Positions 37,550-48,154 of a DNA stretch of 64,000 nucleotides are shown in pieces (position 1 is the stretch's first letter; the number at the start of each line of letters is the position of its first letter). The position numbers and the translations under genes were made by a program. Origin of the DNA: Spirochaetia bacterium (GTDB lineage Bacteria; Spirochaetota; Spirochaetia; CAKZLE01); the NCBI GenBank assembly GCA_021736385.1, contig JAIPFY010000006.1, forward strand, positions 869-64,868, written 5' to 3'. Below the pieces are notes generated by a model, which made no database searches, was not told the DNA's origin, and worked only from the letters and a program-made list of their open reading frames with translations.

Positions 37550-39308
37550 AATCCCTGATGCCGTCCTTGATGAAATCAAAGATAAGATCTCGATCTCAGA
37601 GGTCGTATCAGAGTATGTGAAGCTGAATTCGAAAGGTGGTCAGCTCTGGGGGCTCTGTCCGTTCCATGAAGAGAAATCGCCTTCGTTCACCGTACATGAT
37701 GATAAAGGCTTCTACCACTGTTTCGGCTGTGGGAAAGGCGGGTCCGTGTTCAACTTCATCATGGATATCGAGAATATTGGTTTCATCGATGCGGTGAAAC
37801 TGCTTGCGGAGAAAGCCGGGGTCGCTCTGGAAGAAGAGACTCCCGAGATGCAGGAGCAGCGTTCTGACAAACAGGCCATGCTCGAACTCTATAAGCGTCT
37901 TGCTGAGAGTTTTCATTACATCTACATGCACAAGGATGAAGCTTCCCATGCCCGGGAGTACCTCGAGCAGCGAAAGATCTCGCTCGAGACCGTAAAACGG
38001 TTCAAAGTGGGGTATGCCCCTGCGGATTCTTCATGGCTGTACCGGTTCCTGCGGGCAAAGAAGTATACTGATGAGTTCCTTGAGAAGAGCGGAGTGTTCT
38101 CTCGAAACAATCCCCGGTACCCGATCTTCAGAGACCGTCTGATGTTCCCGATCTTTGATCAGTCTGGGAATGTCATCGCCTTTGGTGGAAGGGCTCTCGA
38201 TGAGGGGAATACTGCAAAATATCTTAATTCCCCTGATACGGTCATCTTTCACAAAAGAAAAACACTCTTTGGTCTCTATCAAAGTTTGCCTGAGATCAAA
38301 AAAAGTAATACCTTTATAGTATGTGAAGGGTACTTCGATGTGCTATCGCTGTTTGAAGCCGGAGTGATGCATGCTGTAGCACCACTGGGGACAGCCTTCA
38401 CTGAGGATCAGGCAATGAAGCTGTTCAGGTATGCGAATACCTGCTCGCTGTTGTTCGATTCAGACAGGGCAGGGCAGGAAGCGGCTAAAAAAGCCGCTCT
38501 GATCGTAGAGAAACTGAATATGGAGTGTAAAGTCATACAGATACAGGATAAGGATCCATCAGATATATTGCAAAATAGTAATGTCTCATTGTTGAAAAAT
38601 ATTGAAAAAGAGGGTATAACTAGTTTTACCTATATGATCAACAGGGCTAAAGAGTTATATGACTATACATCACCCAATGGGAAACTTGCTGTTTTTAATG
38701 AGGTGCAGCCATTTTTAGAAGCTATACAGTCAGATATCAAGCTATCCAGTTCAATTAAGACGCTTGCGGAAGAAATTGATGTTGATGAACAGACGATCAT
38801 CTCTGATCTGCAGAAACAGAGGAAGAGACCATCACACATCAGGGAAAGCCACGAGCGTACCGGTGCGCAGCGATATGATTCCTCTCTGGAATTGTATCTG
38901 ATGCTGGTGATCGTGCATAACAGGGATCGATTCCTTGATGTCCGAAGGCAGATCCATCTTGAGGATATGCAGGATCACAGGGCGAAGGAGATCTATACGG
39001 CACTTGAGGAGTCCCTTCGTGAGGGAGAGACCAGTTTCGAGAATCTTCTCAATAAGATCGAACTGGATTCTATCAGGAATCTGGTACTACAGAGTTATGG
39101 TTCGCATGAATATGTCATGCATGTCGATAATGTGATCAGGGATCTGACGTGCAGATTCAGGATCAAACAGCTGGAAGCAAAGAGGAAAGCAGTCCTTCAG
39201 GTGATCAAGTCACTTGAACGCGAAGAACATACGGATATGCAGCGGTTGCAGGAACTTCTCTATGAGAAGAAATTCATAGATGAAGAAATCGGGAAGATAA
39301 GGAATTAA
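37542..39308 (+). CDS. dnaG: DNA primase
   Basis: CPFHEEKSPSFTV..YHCFGCGKGG zinc ribbon, EGYFDVLSL Toprim domain, and DSDRAGQEA. Confidence 0.9.
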   Translation: MSRIPDAVLDEIKDKISISEVVSEYVKLNSKGGQLWGLCPFHEEKSPSFTVHDDKGFYHCFGCGKGGSVFNFIMDIENIGFIDAVKLLAEKAGVALEEETPEMQEQRSDKQAMLELYKRLAESFHYIYMHKDEASHAREYLEQRKISLETVKRFKVGYAPADSSWLYRFLRAKKYTDEFLEKSGVFSRNNPRYPIFRDRLMFPIFDQSGNVIAFGGRALDEGNTAKYLNSPDTVIFHKRKTLFGLYQSLPEIKKSNTFIVCEGYFDVLSLFEAGVMHAVAPLGTAFTEDQAMKLFRYANTCSLLFDSDRAGQEAAKKAALIVEKLNMECKVIQIQDKDPSDILQNSNVSLLKNIEKEGITSFTYMINRAKELYDYTSPNGKLAVFNEVQPFLEAIQSDIKLSSSIKTLAEEIDVDEQTIISDLQKQRKRPSHIRESHERTGAQRYDSSLELYLMLVIVHNRDRFLDVRRQIHLEDMQDHRAKEIYTALEESLREGETSFENLLNKIELDSIRNLVLQSYGSHEYVMHVDNVIRDLTCRFRIKQLEAKRKAVLQVIKSLEREEHTDMQRLQELLYEKKFIDEEIGKIRN

Positions 39309-39311
39309 TAC

Positions 39312-41201
39312 ATGTCAGATTTGTTACATGATCCGTTTGTGAAGGAACTCATTGAATTTGCAAGCAAGAAGAAGAAGATAACTTATGCTGAACTCAATGA
39401 CCTGCTCCCGGAATCGATCTCGAACTCCGAAAGCGTCGATGAGATCATTTCTTATCTTGAGAGGAAGAACATCCAGATCATCGATGAGACTCAGGATGAC
39501 GGCTCCGGCGATGAGGTGTTCCCGGTCGATGCGGATGATATCGAGGATGATGACCTGGAGTTCGAATCAGATGATGACGATGAAGATCTGGAAGTGATCG
39601 TAAAACATGCCGGAGCTGCTGCAGAGACGTCTTCTGAGTTCATCGAAGATGAAGAAGAGGTCGAAATAGCGGTAGAGGTCCCGAAGAAACCGAAACATAA
39701 GGCACGAAAGGTCATCTACAGTGACAATGATGCTGCCATAGATGATCCGATCCGTCTGTATCTCAGAGAGATCGGTAAAGAGCATCTGCTCACAGCAGAG
39801 CAGGAAGTCGAACTGTCCAAGAAGATGGAAGAGGGTGAGAACATCATCAGGAATGTGATCCTCAACTCCGGCATCATGATCACTGAGATGTATGCGATCC
39901 AGTCCAAGCTCTCTGAGAAGATCGATGAAAGTGAACTCGAGCTCTCAAAGAAGGAACTGGCTGATTTCTTCTCAGAGCAGAAACGTCTCAATCAGGCGTA
40001 TAAAGATCAGATTAAAGAGGTCAATGCCCTGCTCAAAGCCTATATGGAACAGAAGAAGAAGCTCGACAGTGAAGGTGCGAACTTCTTCACCGATGAATCG
40101 TTGGAGAAGAAACGGGAAAAACTCATGAAGAAGCTCGAGCAGTTCGAACTTCAACAGGATGAGATCACCGATTTTACTGCGAAGTTCATTCAGGCAGAGA
40201 AGGATATCATCGAGTTCCAGAACAAACGCGATCATCTCGAAGCTCGTTTGAACGTGAATTCCGTACGAGAGCTCAGGCAGATGGGACGGGCGCTTGCCAT
40301 CCCGAGCAAGCGGGCCAAGCTCGAAGAGCAGCTCCAGCTCTCTACCGATGTGATCAAAGATAAGATCAAACAGATCCAGCTGACGGAGAAGACACTCAAG
40401 GCCATAGAGTTCGAGTTCGAGAACAGCATCGAAGGCATCATCGAAGATGCAAAAGAGATCAATCGCGGTCGCATCATGATGAAGAATGCAAAAGACCGGC
40501 TGATCCAGGCGAATCTGCGGCTGGTGGTCTCCATAGCCAAGAAATACACCAACAGAGGCCTGCATTTCTTTGACCTGGTACAGGAAGGTAACATAGGATT
40601 GATCAAGGCCGTCGAGAAGTTCGAATACCGAAAGGGGTATAAGTTCTCCACCTATGCAACCTGGTGGATCCGACAGGCGATCACCCGATCGATCTCAGAT
40701 CAGGCACGTACCATCCGAGTCCCTGTTCACATGATCGAGCAGATCAATAAAGTGGTACGCGAATCACGACAGCTCATGCAGGTGTTCGGTCGTGAACCCA
40801 CCGATGAAGAGATCGCAGAACGGCTGGGATGGACTCCTCAGAGAGTCAAGACCGTGAAGAACGTAGCCCGTGAGCCCATCTCACTCGAGACCCCGATCGG
40901 TGAGGAAGAGGACTCGCTCCTTGGAGACTTCATCGAAGATAAGGAAGTCGAGAATCCGGCGACCCAGACGGCTTTCAAGCTGCTTCAGGAACAGATGTCA
41001 GAAGTCCTGAAGACGCTGCCTCCAAGAGAGCAGGAAGTGCTGAAAATGCGATTCGGACTGGAAGACGGATACTCATTGACATTGGAAGAAGTAGGGTTAT
41101 ACTTTGAAGTCACACGAGAACGTATCCGACAGATAGAGGCTAAAGCGTTGCGAAGGCTCAGACATCCGAAACGAAGCAGACGATTAAAAGATTACGTATA
41201 G
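39312..41201 (+). CDS. rpoD: RNA polymerase primary sigma factor (sigma-70)
   Basis: Acidic region 1.1, [19 protein letters not shown] (region 1.2), region 2 [59 protein letters not shown], and region 4 [29 protein letters not shown]. Confidence 0.95.
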   Translation: MSDLLHDPFVKELIEFASKKKKITYAELNDLLPESISNSESVDEIISYLERKNIQIIDETQDDGSGDEVFPVDADDIEDDDLEFESDDDDEDLEVIVKHAGAAAETSSEFIEDEEEVEIAVEVPKKPKHKARKVIYSDNDAAIDDPIRLYLREIGKEHLLTAEQEVELSKKMEEGENIIRNVILNSGIMITEMYAIQSKLSEKIDESELELSKKELADFFSEQKRLNQAYKDQIKEVNALLKAYMEQKKKLDSEGANFFTDESLEKKREKLMKKLEQFELQQDEITDFTAKFIQAEKDIIEFQNKRDHLEARLNVNSVRELRQMGRALAIPSKRAKLEEQLQLSTDVIKDKIKQIQLTEKTLKAIEFEFENSIEGIIEDAKEINRGRIMMKNAKDRLIQANLRLVVSIAKKYTNRGLHFFDLVQEGNIGLIKAVEKFEYRKGYKFSTYATWWIRQAITRSISDQARTIRVPVHMIEQINKVVRESRQLMQVFGREPTDEEIAERLGWTPQRVKTVKNVAREPISLETPIGEEEDSLLGDFIEDKEVENPATQTAFKLLQEQMSEVLKTLPPREQEVLKMRFGLEDGYSLTLEEVGLYFEVTRERIRQIEAKALRRLRHPKRSRRLKDYV

Positions 41202-41221
41202 AACGAGCAGGAGTTATACAG

Positions 41222-42019
41222 ATGCAGGAAGTTTTTCAGAAATTACAATCATTACAGGTCATCCTTTCAAAGAAGTACGACGTCCAGGATGAGATAAAGG
41301 ATATCCCGAAGACCTTAAGCACGAAGATCGAGCTGCTCAATCGCGGAAAGAAGAATTATCTTGAGAAGAATGAGAAACTCAATTCTATCAAAGATGATGT
41401 GAAGAGTATCCGGATACGTCTTGATGATGCTGAACGTGAACGAGAGAACTATGAGAAACAGATGGATCTCATCACGACTCAAAGGGAATATGAGGCTCTC
41501 GATAAAGAGATCAAAGATGCCACTGAGAAAGAACAGCAGCTGAGGAAGAACATTCTCCATAAGGAGAATATCCTTGAAGAACTCGTCACCCAGATCGAGG
41601 AACAGGAAGACCTGATGAACCTTCAGGAAGAAGAAGTGAAAGCCGAGCAGGAGAAGATGCAGGCGATCCTTGAAGAGAAGGAACAGGAGCTGGCGATCCT
41701 TGAAGAACAGGAGGAAGAACTGATCCCCGGGATCGATAGTGAAGTGCTCTTCAAGTTCGAGAGGATCATCAAGAACAAATCAGGTGTTGGTATCGTACCG
41801 ATTCACGAGACGGTCTGTACGGGATGTCATATGACCCTCCCTGCTCAGTTCGTCAACGATGTGCGACGAGGCAAGGATTTCATGTTCTGCCCCTACTGCA
41901 GCAGGATCCTCTACTTCGAGGAGATCGAAGAAGATGTTATCGGATCTGCAGTCGGTGCTGATGATATCGAAGAGGGTGCATTGGCAGATCTTGTCGATTT
42001 GGATGATTTTGATTTATAG
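41222..42019 (+). CDS. Coiled-coil C4 zinc-ribbon protein (COG1579-like)
   Basis: A long E/K-rich coiled coil followed by CTGCHMTLP...CPYCSRILY. Confidence 0.65.
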   Translation: MQEVFQKLQSLQVILSKKYDVQDEIKDIPKTLSTKIELLNRGKKNYLEKNEKLNSIKDDVKSIRIRLDDAERERENYEKQMDLITTQREYEALDKEIKDATEKEQQLRKNILHKENILEELVTQIEEQEDLMNLQEEEVKAEQEKMQAILEEKEQELAILEEQEEELIPGIDSEVLFKFERIIKNKSGVGIVPIHETVCTGCHMTLPAQFVNDVRRGKDFMFCPYCSRILYFEEIEEDVIGSAVGADDIEEGALADLVDLDDFDL

Positions 42020-42030
42020 CTAGTGATTCA

Positions 42031-42375
<345 letters not shown>

Positions 42376-42384
42376 TTATTTATT

Positions 42385-43269
42385 ATGATAGAGCAGCATA
42401 TGCGACGGAACACCAAGATCATTCTCATTATATGTTGCCTTATCGTCACCATCGTGATCGTCTCTCTTGGTGCGTATTCACTGCGTACCGTGCAGCAGCA
42501 GAGAGAGATGACCGCGTTTCGTACAGCCTTCGTACAGGGGGAATACGAACGATGTCTCGAACTCTATCCTGAGCTCGATGAACAAATACGACTCTCCTCT
42601 GAACCTCTGTTCCTCTATGGTATCGCACATCATATACTTTCGCAGCGGAAGGACGAGAGGGAGATGATCCATCGAAAACAGGTCATCGAATCTCTTTCGC
42701 TGTTCACCGTACTCTATCCCAGCATCAGTGAGACCCTGCCTCTGCTTCATCAGGCACTCGGAGTGGCTTATCATGCCACCGGGCAGTATGAACAAGCCAT
42801 AGCCTCTCTGACGGCCAGCGGTAATACCGATTCCCATAACCAGTTGCTGATCGGTACAGCCTATGGGAACCTGAACGACCCGGTCAGTGCTGAACCCTAT
42901 CTGCTACGTTATGATGCCGGTCCGAGGACCTATGCATATCTGTTCTCTCTCTTCAGAGCCCGTGGTATGAGGGATAAAGCCCTCGAATATCTGATGCTGC
43001 TCATCGATGAGAGTACTGAAGATGAGCAGCTCTATGATCTGTACCGTACCAGGGCTGAATTCCTCGATCCCGCAGGACAGGAGATCATCCAGTCCTATCG
43101 ATCTCTGCTCGGCCGGATCACTGATCCGATCCTTATGAGCAACGTGTATCTTCTGTTAGGAGATATCTATCGCAAGAGAGGGCAGCTGATCGAAGCGCAG
43201 TCCATGTGGGACACTTCGCTGAGTCTGGATCCTGATAATACTGAGACACGACAAAGGTTACGTAAATGA
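42385..43269 (+). CDS. Membrane-anchored tetratricopeptide-repeat protein (hypothetical)
   Basis: N-terminal TM helix IILIICCLIVTIVIVSLGAY, then a TPR-like helical region (GVAYHATGQYEQAI, LLGDIYRKRGQLIEAQSMWDTSLSLDPDN). Confidence 0.5.
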   Translation: MIEQHMRRNTKIILIICCLIVTIVIVSLGAYSLRTVQQQREMTAFRTAFVQGEYERCLELYPELDEQIRLSSEPLFLYGIAHHILSQRKDEREMIHRKQVIESLSLFTVLYPSISETLPLLHQALGVAYHATGQYEQAIASLTASGNTDSHNQLLIGTAYGNLNDPVSAEPYLLRYDAGPRTYAYLFSLFRARGMRDKALEYLMLLIDESTEDEQLYDLYRTRAEFLDPAGQEIIQSYRSLLGRITDPILMSNVYLLLGDIYRKRGQLIEAQSMWDTSLSLDPDNTETRQRLRK

Positions 43270-45752
43270 ATATAGTTCCAGAACAGCAATTGCGGGATGT
43301 GCTTCTGCACGTAGAACGACCGGGCAGGTATGTCGGCGGTGAGTTCGGCCATATGAAAGAGGGTATGGGTTCAGCTCCCATCTCCATCGCACTGTGTTTC
43401 CCCGATCTCTATGAGATCGGTATGTCCAACAATGCTGTGCGTATCCTGTTCGATCTGTTCAACAAGATCGATGGGGTGGTCTGTGATATCGTATTCGCTC
43501 CCGCCCCCGACTTTGCCGAGGTCCTGAAGCAGAAACAGCTGCCGCTGTATACCCTCAACCAGGGTATGCCGCTCTCTGAGTGTGATATCATCGCCTTCAC
43601 CGTCGGGTATGAACTTGCCGCCACGAACATGCTGCAGGTGCTTGAACTCGGACAGGTGAGCAGGCATGTGACCGATCGCCGGGAAGACGAGCCGATCGTG
43701 ATCGCCGGGGGGCCGGCGATCACCAACCCGGTACCCTTCGGGGCCTGGGTCGATGGGATCTACATGGGAGATGCAGAAGCATACAGCGGGATCATATCGG
43801 TCCTGGAGCAGATGGTCGATCTGAAACGTCATGGGGCGACCAGAGCACAGCTGCTTTCGGTCATTCACGGCAGCGACAGCATCTGGTCGAAGGAGTCACC
43901 GGAGAGTTCTTCGATCATCTATACGGAGTTCGGAAGACCTGAGAGCCACTACAACGAGTCCCTGGTCTATTATCTGAGTCCTAACGTTGCGATCGTGCAG
44001 GAGCACGGGGTCGTTGAGATCATGCGAGGCTGCCCCAACGGCTGCAGATTCTGTCATGCCGGGCAGCTCTACAAGCCCTACAGGCAGAAGTCCATCGAAC
44101 GTATCGTCCAGGAAGTCGAAGAACGCATTGCGACTCAGGGACATCGTGAGATCACCTTGTCATCACTCTCTACCGGCGATTATCCCAATCTCGATCTGCT
44201 GATCGATGAGCTGAACGCTCGATTCTCACATCGGCATGTCTCCTTCTCCCTGCCGTCACTCAAAGTCAATTCGTTCACTCTACCGGTACTCAAATCAGTA
44301 TCCACGGTACGAAAGAGCGGTCTGACCTTCGCTATAGAGACCCCGAATCCCCTCTGGCAGCGTTCTGTGAACAAACAGGTGCCCCTTGAGGATATCATCA
44401 CCATCATCTCGCAGGCAAAGGGACTTGGCTGGAAACTTGCCAAATTCTATTTCATGACCGGTCTTCCCTTCACGGACCTGAAGACTGAGCCTGAGGAGAT
44501 CGCCGGGTACCTGAAGGCTATCTATGATGCGACCCGTATCCAGATGAACATCAATATCGGAACCTTCGTCCCGAAGCCTCATACGCCGTATCAGTGGGTC
44601 GCTCAGCTGCCGCCTGCTGCGGCACTTGCACAGCTCAAAAAGATCAAATCTGCGATCCAGGCGGCTATCCCGAAAGTCAAAGTGAATTTTCATGATCCCT
44701 ATATCTCCTATATCGAAGGGATCATCACACGTGGTGATGCACGTGTCTCTGCTCTTGTAGAACATGCCTATGACCATGGGGCGAAGTTCGATGCCTGGGA
44801 TGAGTATTTTGACAAAGCAGCCTGGGATCAGGCTATTGAGAGTGCCCCTTGGGATGTCGAAGGGACCATCTGTGTCGAGCGACCGGTCGATGCGGACTTG
44901 TCCTGGGATTCTGCCCGTACCGGAGCAGGGAAGGGCTTTCTGAAAAAAGAATATGCTCTGTCTGCAGAACGACGTATGACCTCGATCTGTGATGATCCAT
45001 GTGATCATCTGTGCGGTGTCTGTACAGGAGGGATAGTCCCCCGTGATGCACAGAAGGAGAACAGCACCTATGCAGCACCGGAACATCAGGCGATCGAACC
45101 GATCCATGAGTTCACACACGTGGTGGCGCGATACCGGAAGCAGGGGAAGGCGATCTACTATTCTCATATCAACATGATGAATATCATGGAGAAGATGTTC
45201 CTCAGAGAAGATATCACGATCGAGTTCACTCACGGGTTCAATCCGAAGCCGCGGCTTGAGTTCGCATCTCCGCTGCCCCTCGGAGTCTCGGGTGATCACG
45301 AACTGATGCTGTTCAGGATCCCGGCAACGCGTGATAAGCAGATCCTTGAGGATCTGATCGTCTCCTGCAACAAGGGGTTGCCGCAGGGGATCGAGATCAC
45401 CGATATCGGCTTCAAGGGTGCCGGACATAAATCGATATCGGCGGCATTTGGCGGGTCTGTATTCACCATCACGGTGGTAGATCCTCTCCAGTTCAATGCC
45501 ATAGAAGAGATGATGGAAGCACTCGTTGAGGAACATGACCATATGAAGATCGAGAGGATCTCTCCACAGGAGTGTTCCATGGATATCACGATCTTTGAAG
45601 GCAAGGGGAAGAGCAGCAATCTGTTGAAGTGTATCGATGAGAAGATGCCCAAATATGCATTTCTCAGCAGCTGTACGCTCAACAGGACGCGACTGCTGGC
45701 TCCCGATCACTCATCACTATATTCCCATATGACAGCTGACAGAAGAGCTTAA
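43266..45752 (+). CDS. Fused B12-binding-domain radical SAM protein (TIGR03960-like) plus radical-SAM-linked DUF2344 (TIGR03936-like) domain
   Basis: The N-terminal half has IMRGCPNGCRFCHAGQ (CxxxCxxC). The C-terminal roughly 230 aa (from ..IEPIHEFTHVVARYRKQGKAIYYSHINMMN..) matches the separate DUF2344 protein that usually sits next to this radical SAM gene. Confidence 0.7.
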   Translation: MNIVPEQQLRDVLLHVERPGRYVGGEFGHMKEGMGSAPISIALCFPDLYEIGMSNNAVRILFDLFNKIDGVVCDIVFAPAPDFAEVLKQKQLPLYTLNQGMPLSECDIIAFTVGYELAATNMLQVLELGQVSRHVTDRREDEPIVIAGGPAITNPVPFGAWVDGIYMGDAEAYSGIISVLEQMVDLKRHGATRAQLLSVIHGSDSIWSKESPESSSIIYTEFGRPESHYNESLVYYLSPNVAIVQEHGVVEIMRGCPNGCRFCHAGQLYKPYRQKSIERIVQEVEERIATQGHREITLSSLSTGDYPNLDLLIDELNARFSHRHVSFSLPSLKVNSFTLPVLKSVSTVRKSGLTFAIETPNPLWQRSVNKQVPLEDIITIISQAKGLGWKLAKFYFMTGLPFTDLKTEPEEIAGYLKAIYDATRIQMNINIGTFVPKPHTPYQWVAQLPPAAALAQLKKIKSAIQAAIPKVKVNFHDPYISYIEGIITRGDARVSALVEHAYDHGAKFDAWDEYFDKAAWDQAIESAPWDVEGTICVERPVDADLSWDSARTGAGKGFLKKEYALSAERRMTSICDDPCDHLCGVCTGGIVPRDAQKENSTYAAPEHQAIEPIHEFTHVVARYRKQGKAIYYSHINMMNIMEKMFLREDITIEFTHGFNPKPRLEFASPLPLGVSGDHELMLFRIPATRDKQILEDLIVSCNKGLPQGIEITDIGFKGAGHKSISAAFGGSVFTITVVDPLQFNAIEEMMEALVEEHDHMKIERISPQECSMDITIFEGKGKSSNLLKCIDEKMPKYAFLSSCTLNRTRLLAPDHSSLYSHMTADRRA

Positions 45753-45791
45753 CGGCTCTCAGCAGGCTCAAGAGCCATTCTCTCTGCACGA

Positions 45792-46628
45792 TCATCGGCG
45801 AGAGAGGCTCTTCGCCTGTTCCCAGTAGTTATCCATCTCCTCAAGCGATGCTTCGCTGAAGGGCCTTTCCTGATCATTGTTGTAGAGCTGGACCATGTCA
45901 TTATAGCGTCTCATGAATTTCTCATTGGTCTTATGCAGTGCTATATGAGGAGTCACCTTGCACAGACGTGCGGTATTGATGATCGAGAACAGCAGATCCC
46001 CGAATTCTTCTTCTATGTGTTCGAAGGACTGCTGATGTATGGCTTCTTTGAGTTCCTGGAGTTCTTCTTCGATCTTGTCGAATGCACCCTGGTGGTCAGG
46101 CCAGTCGAAGCCTTTCTTTCGAGCGATCTTCTGGATCTCCTCAGCACGCTCGAGCGGCGGCATGGAAGACGGTACGCGTTCATACGGATTCTCATGTGTG
46201 GTCTGTTTCCCTTCGACCTGTTCCTTGATCTCATCCCACAGCGTCAGGACCTCATCGGCGTCTGCAGCATTCACATCCTGCGTGAACACATGAGGATGTC
46301 TTCGGATCATCTTATCGGATATGGTGTTCAGGATATCGGCAACTGAGAATGCATGTGATTCTTCATGCATGATCGCAAGCATGGTCACCACGAGATAGAG
46401 ATCTCCGAGTTCCTCCTGACAGCCTGAGCTATCGTCCTTATCGAGTGCATCGATGTATTCATAGGCTTCTTCGATCAGATTCTTCTGAAACTTTCCCGGG
46501 GTCTGTTTTCGATCCCAGGGACATCCTTCAGGAGAACGCAGCATATTCAGAATATGGTAGAGACGATCGAACGCCTCAGCCTGGTTAGCTGTGGATTCAA
46601 GAGAAAGTATCGATTCTTTGGTGATCAT
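45792..46628 (-). CDS. mazG: Nucleoside triphosphate pyrophosphohydrolase MazG (tandem MazG domains)
   Basis: GCPWDRKQT...EEAYE and a second EExGDLLF domain. Confidence 0.85.
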   Translation of the reverse strand: MITKESILSLESTANQAEAFDRLYHILNMLRSPEGCPWDRKQTPGKFQKNLIEEAYEYIDALDKDDSSGCQEELGDLYLVVTMLAIMHEESHAFSVADILNTISDKMIRRHPHVFTQDVNAADADEVLTLWDEIKEQVEGKQTTHENPYERVPSSMPPLERAEEIQKIARKKGFDWPDHQGAFDKIEEELQELKEAIHQQSFEHIEEEFGDLLFSIINTARLCKVTPHIALHKTNEKFMRRYNDMVQLYNNDQERPFSEASLEEMDNYWEQAKSLSRR

Positions 46629-46712
46629 GGGTTCTCCTTGTTTGGTTTACAGAATATACATTATTTAAAGTAATAAATACGGAAGCAGTGAAGATCAACA
46701 CAGGTTTTGAAC

Positions 46713-47381
46713 TCATTCTTCAAGTTTGATATACCCCAGATGCTTCAATGAAGAGAATTCATCAATCGGGTTATAGTTCTCATCGAACACAAAATACTCG
46801 ATATAGAGATGCAGATAGTTCTTATCTTCTTCAGCGTTGAGCAGACTGTCGTCGTAGGAATCCGTGCTCTTGTACAGATAGTTCTTAGCAGAACCGTTGA
46901 TAATAACAAGTTTATCTTCCTGATGGCTGTTCTCTGTATAGATCTGCACGGACAGAGAATCATCAGTATCAGAGTACGTGAGGGTCCCGAAGAGATCTTC
47001 CTCAATCTGTGACCCGGTGACCTGTTCTGTCTCCAGATTCGGAGCTGAGGTCACATAGACGCTCTGCCCTTCCGGGAGGACTGCTGTTTTTCTCATATAT
47101 CGGTTGGGTTCGGGATCAACAGGTTCAGCTGTACCTGTAGTGTATTCGTAGTAGATGGTGAATCCGGAAGTGGTATCAGCTGTCTTTTGCAGGTCGTTCT
47201 GTTGGTTGAACTCTGCCTGATTACTGGTAATGTCAGATTCGGGCAGATCACAGGCAAGTGTATCAGTCACACTCATCGTCAGATCCGGCAGTGGATTGGG
47301 AATACCGCAGGACGAAAAAAAGACAGTAAGCAGAACCAGCATAAGTACCCGTGAAATGGTAACACGTCTTTCTGTACTCAT
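46713..47381 (-). CDS. Lipoprotein (hypothetical)
   Basis: Signal peptide with an FFSSC lipobox, LLTVFFSSCG. No family recognised. Confidence 0.45.
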   Translation of the reverse strand: MSTERRVTISRVLMLVLLTVFFSSCGIPNPLPDLTMSVTDTLACDLPESDITSNQAEFNQQNDLQKTADTTSGFTIYYEYTTGTAEPVDPEPNRYMRKTAVLPEGQSVYVTSAPNLETEQVTGSQIEEDLFGTLTYSDTDDSLSVQIYTENSHQEDKLVIINGSAKNYLYKSTDSYDDSLLNAEEDKNYLHLYIEYFVFDENYNPIDEFSSLKHLGYIKLEE

Positions 47382-47441
47382 AATCTCGTCAACCTGCTAC
47401 TGTCGTTATACGTTCTGTATCCTTTGAGGTTACAGAATCAG

Positions 47442-48119
47442 CTATTCCAGGACTACCAGTCTGCTGTTCGCCAGTTTGGACCATTCAGAATCCGGGTAAT
47501 CAGCTATCAGTACCTGGAATGTCGATACGGCAAGCTGTGTATTGCCTGATTCGTCATGGATCCTGCCGATGGCGAACAAGGCATGCGGTGCTTCAGCGGA
47601 TGTATCCTCGTAGGTATCGAACACATACTGATACTGTGCTACCGCATCCTGAGGACGATCGGTCACCTCATAGACCACCGCGAGATTCATCGCGGCAGCG
47701 GGAGCCAGATACATATCCTTATAGGTCTCGGCAACTGCCTTGAACCAGGTCTCAGCTTCACTGTACTGTTCCAGGGAGTACTTCACGTTTCCGAGAAGAT
47801 ACTGAGCCTTCATGTTCGGATAGCCCTTCTTCGTGCTGTCGATCAGTTCGGTAAGTGTCTGCTCCAGTTCTGCTGTACGCTCATCGCGATCCTCAGCATC
47901 GGAAGCCAGCGCGTTCCATTCCTGGAACAGCACCTGTGCTTCTTCCACTGCGATCATCGACTGCTTCTCAGCATTGCTGCTGATCGCAGAGATGGTACCG
48001 ATGATCAAGATGATCACCAGGATCGCTACTGATGCTATGATGATCGTTCGTTTGTTCGTGTGTACAAATACTGCAGTCTTATCGCCTACAGTCAACTTCT
48101 TCTCATTATCATGTGCCAT
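47442..48119 (-). CDS. Membrane-anchored TPR / YfgM-like protein (hypothetical)
   Basis: One TM helix IIIASVAILVIILIIGTI and a C-terminal TPR-like helical domain. Confidence 0.5.
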   Translation of the reverse strand: MAHDNEKKLTVGDKTAVFVHTNKRTIIIASVAILVIILIIGTISAISSNAEKQSMIAVEEAQVLFQEWNALASDAEDRDERTAELEQTLTELIDSTKKGYPNMKAQYLLGNVKYSLEQYSEAETWFKAVAETYKDMYLAPAAAMNLAVVYEVTDRPQDAVAQYQYVFDTYEDTSAEAPHALFAIGRIHDESGNTQLAVSTFQVLIADYPDSEWSKLANSRLVVLE

Positions 48120-48154
48120 TGCTCAATCACCCTGCTATCGTAAAAGATTTGTTG

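Noticed and set aside
39480-39720. Apparent GAT/GAA-rich tandem repeat
   Set aside because: It encodes the acidic region 1.1 of sigma-70 (DDGSGDE...[16 protein letters not shown]). This is a normal feature of primary sigma factors, not a repeat element or a CRISPR array.
41300-41760. Low-complexity GAA/AAG-rich stretch
   Set aside because: It encodes the E/K-rich coiled coil of the COG1579 Zn-ribbon protein. It is in frame and has no repeat-unit periodicity beyond heptads.
44295-45710. 471-aa minus-strand ORF
   Set aside because: It lies antisense to the radical SAM/DUF2344 gene, which carries a clear CxxxCxxC motif and conserved blocks. The antisense product has no motifs and is R/D/L-rich, the composition typical of GC3-driven shadow frames.
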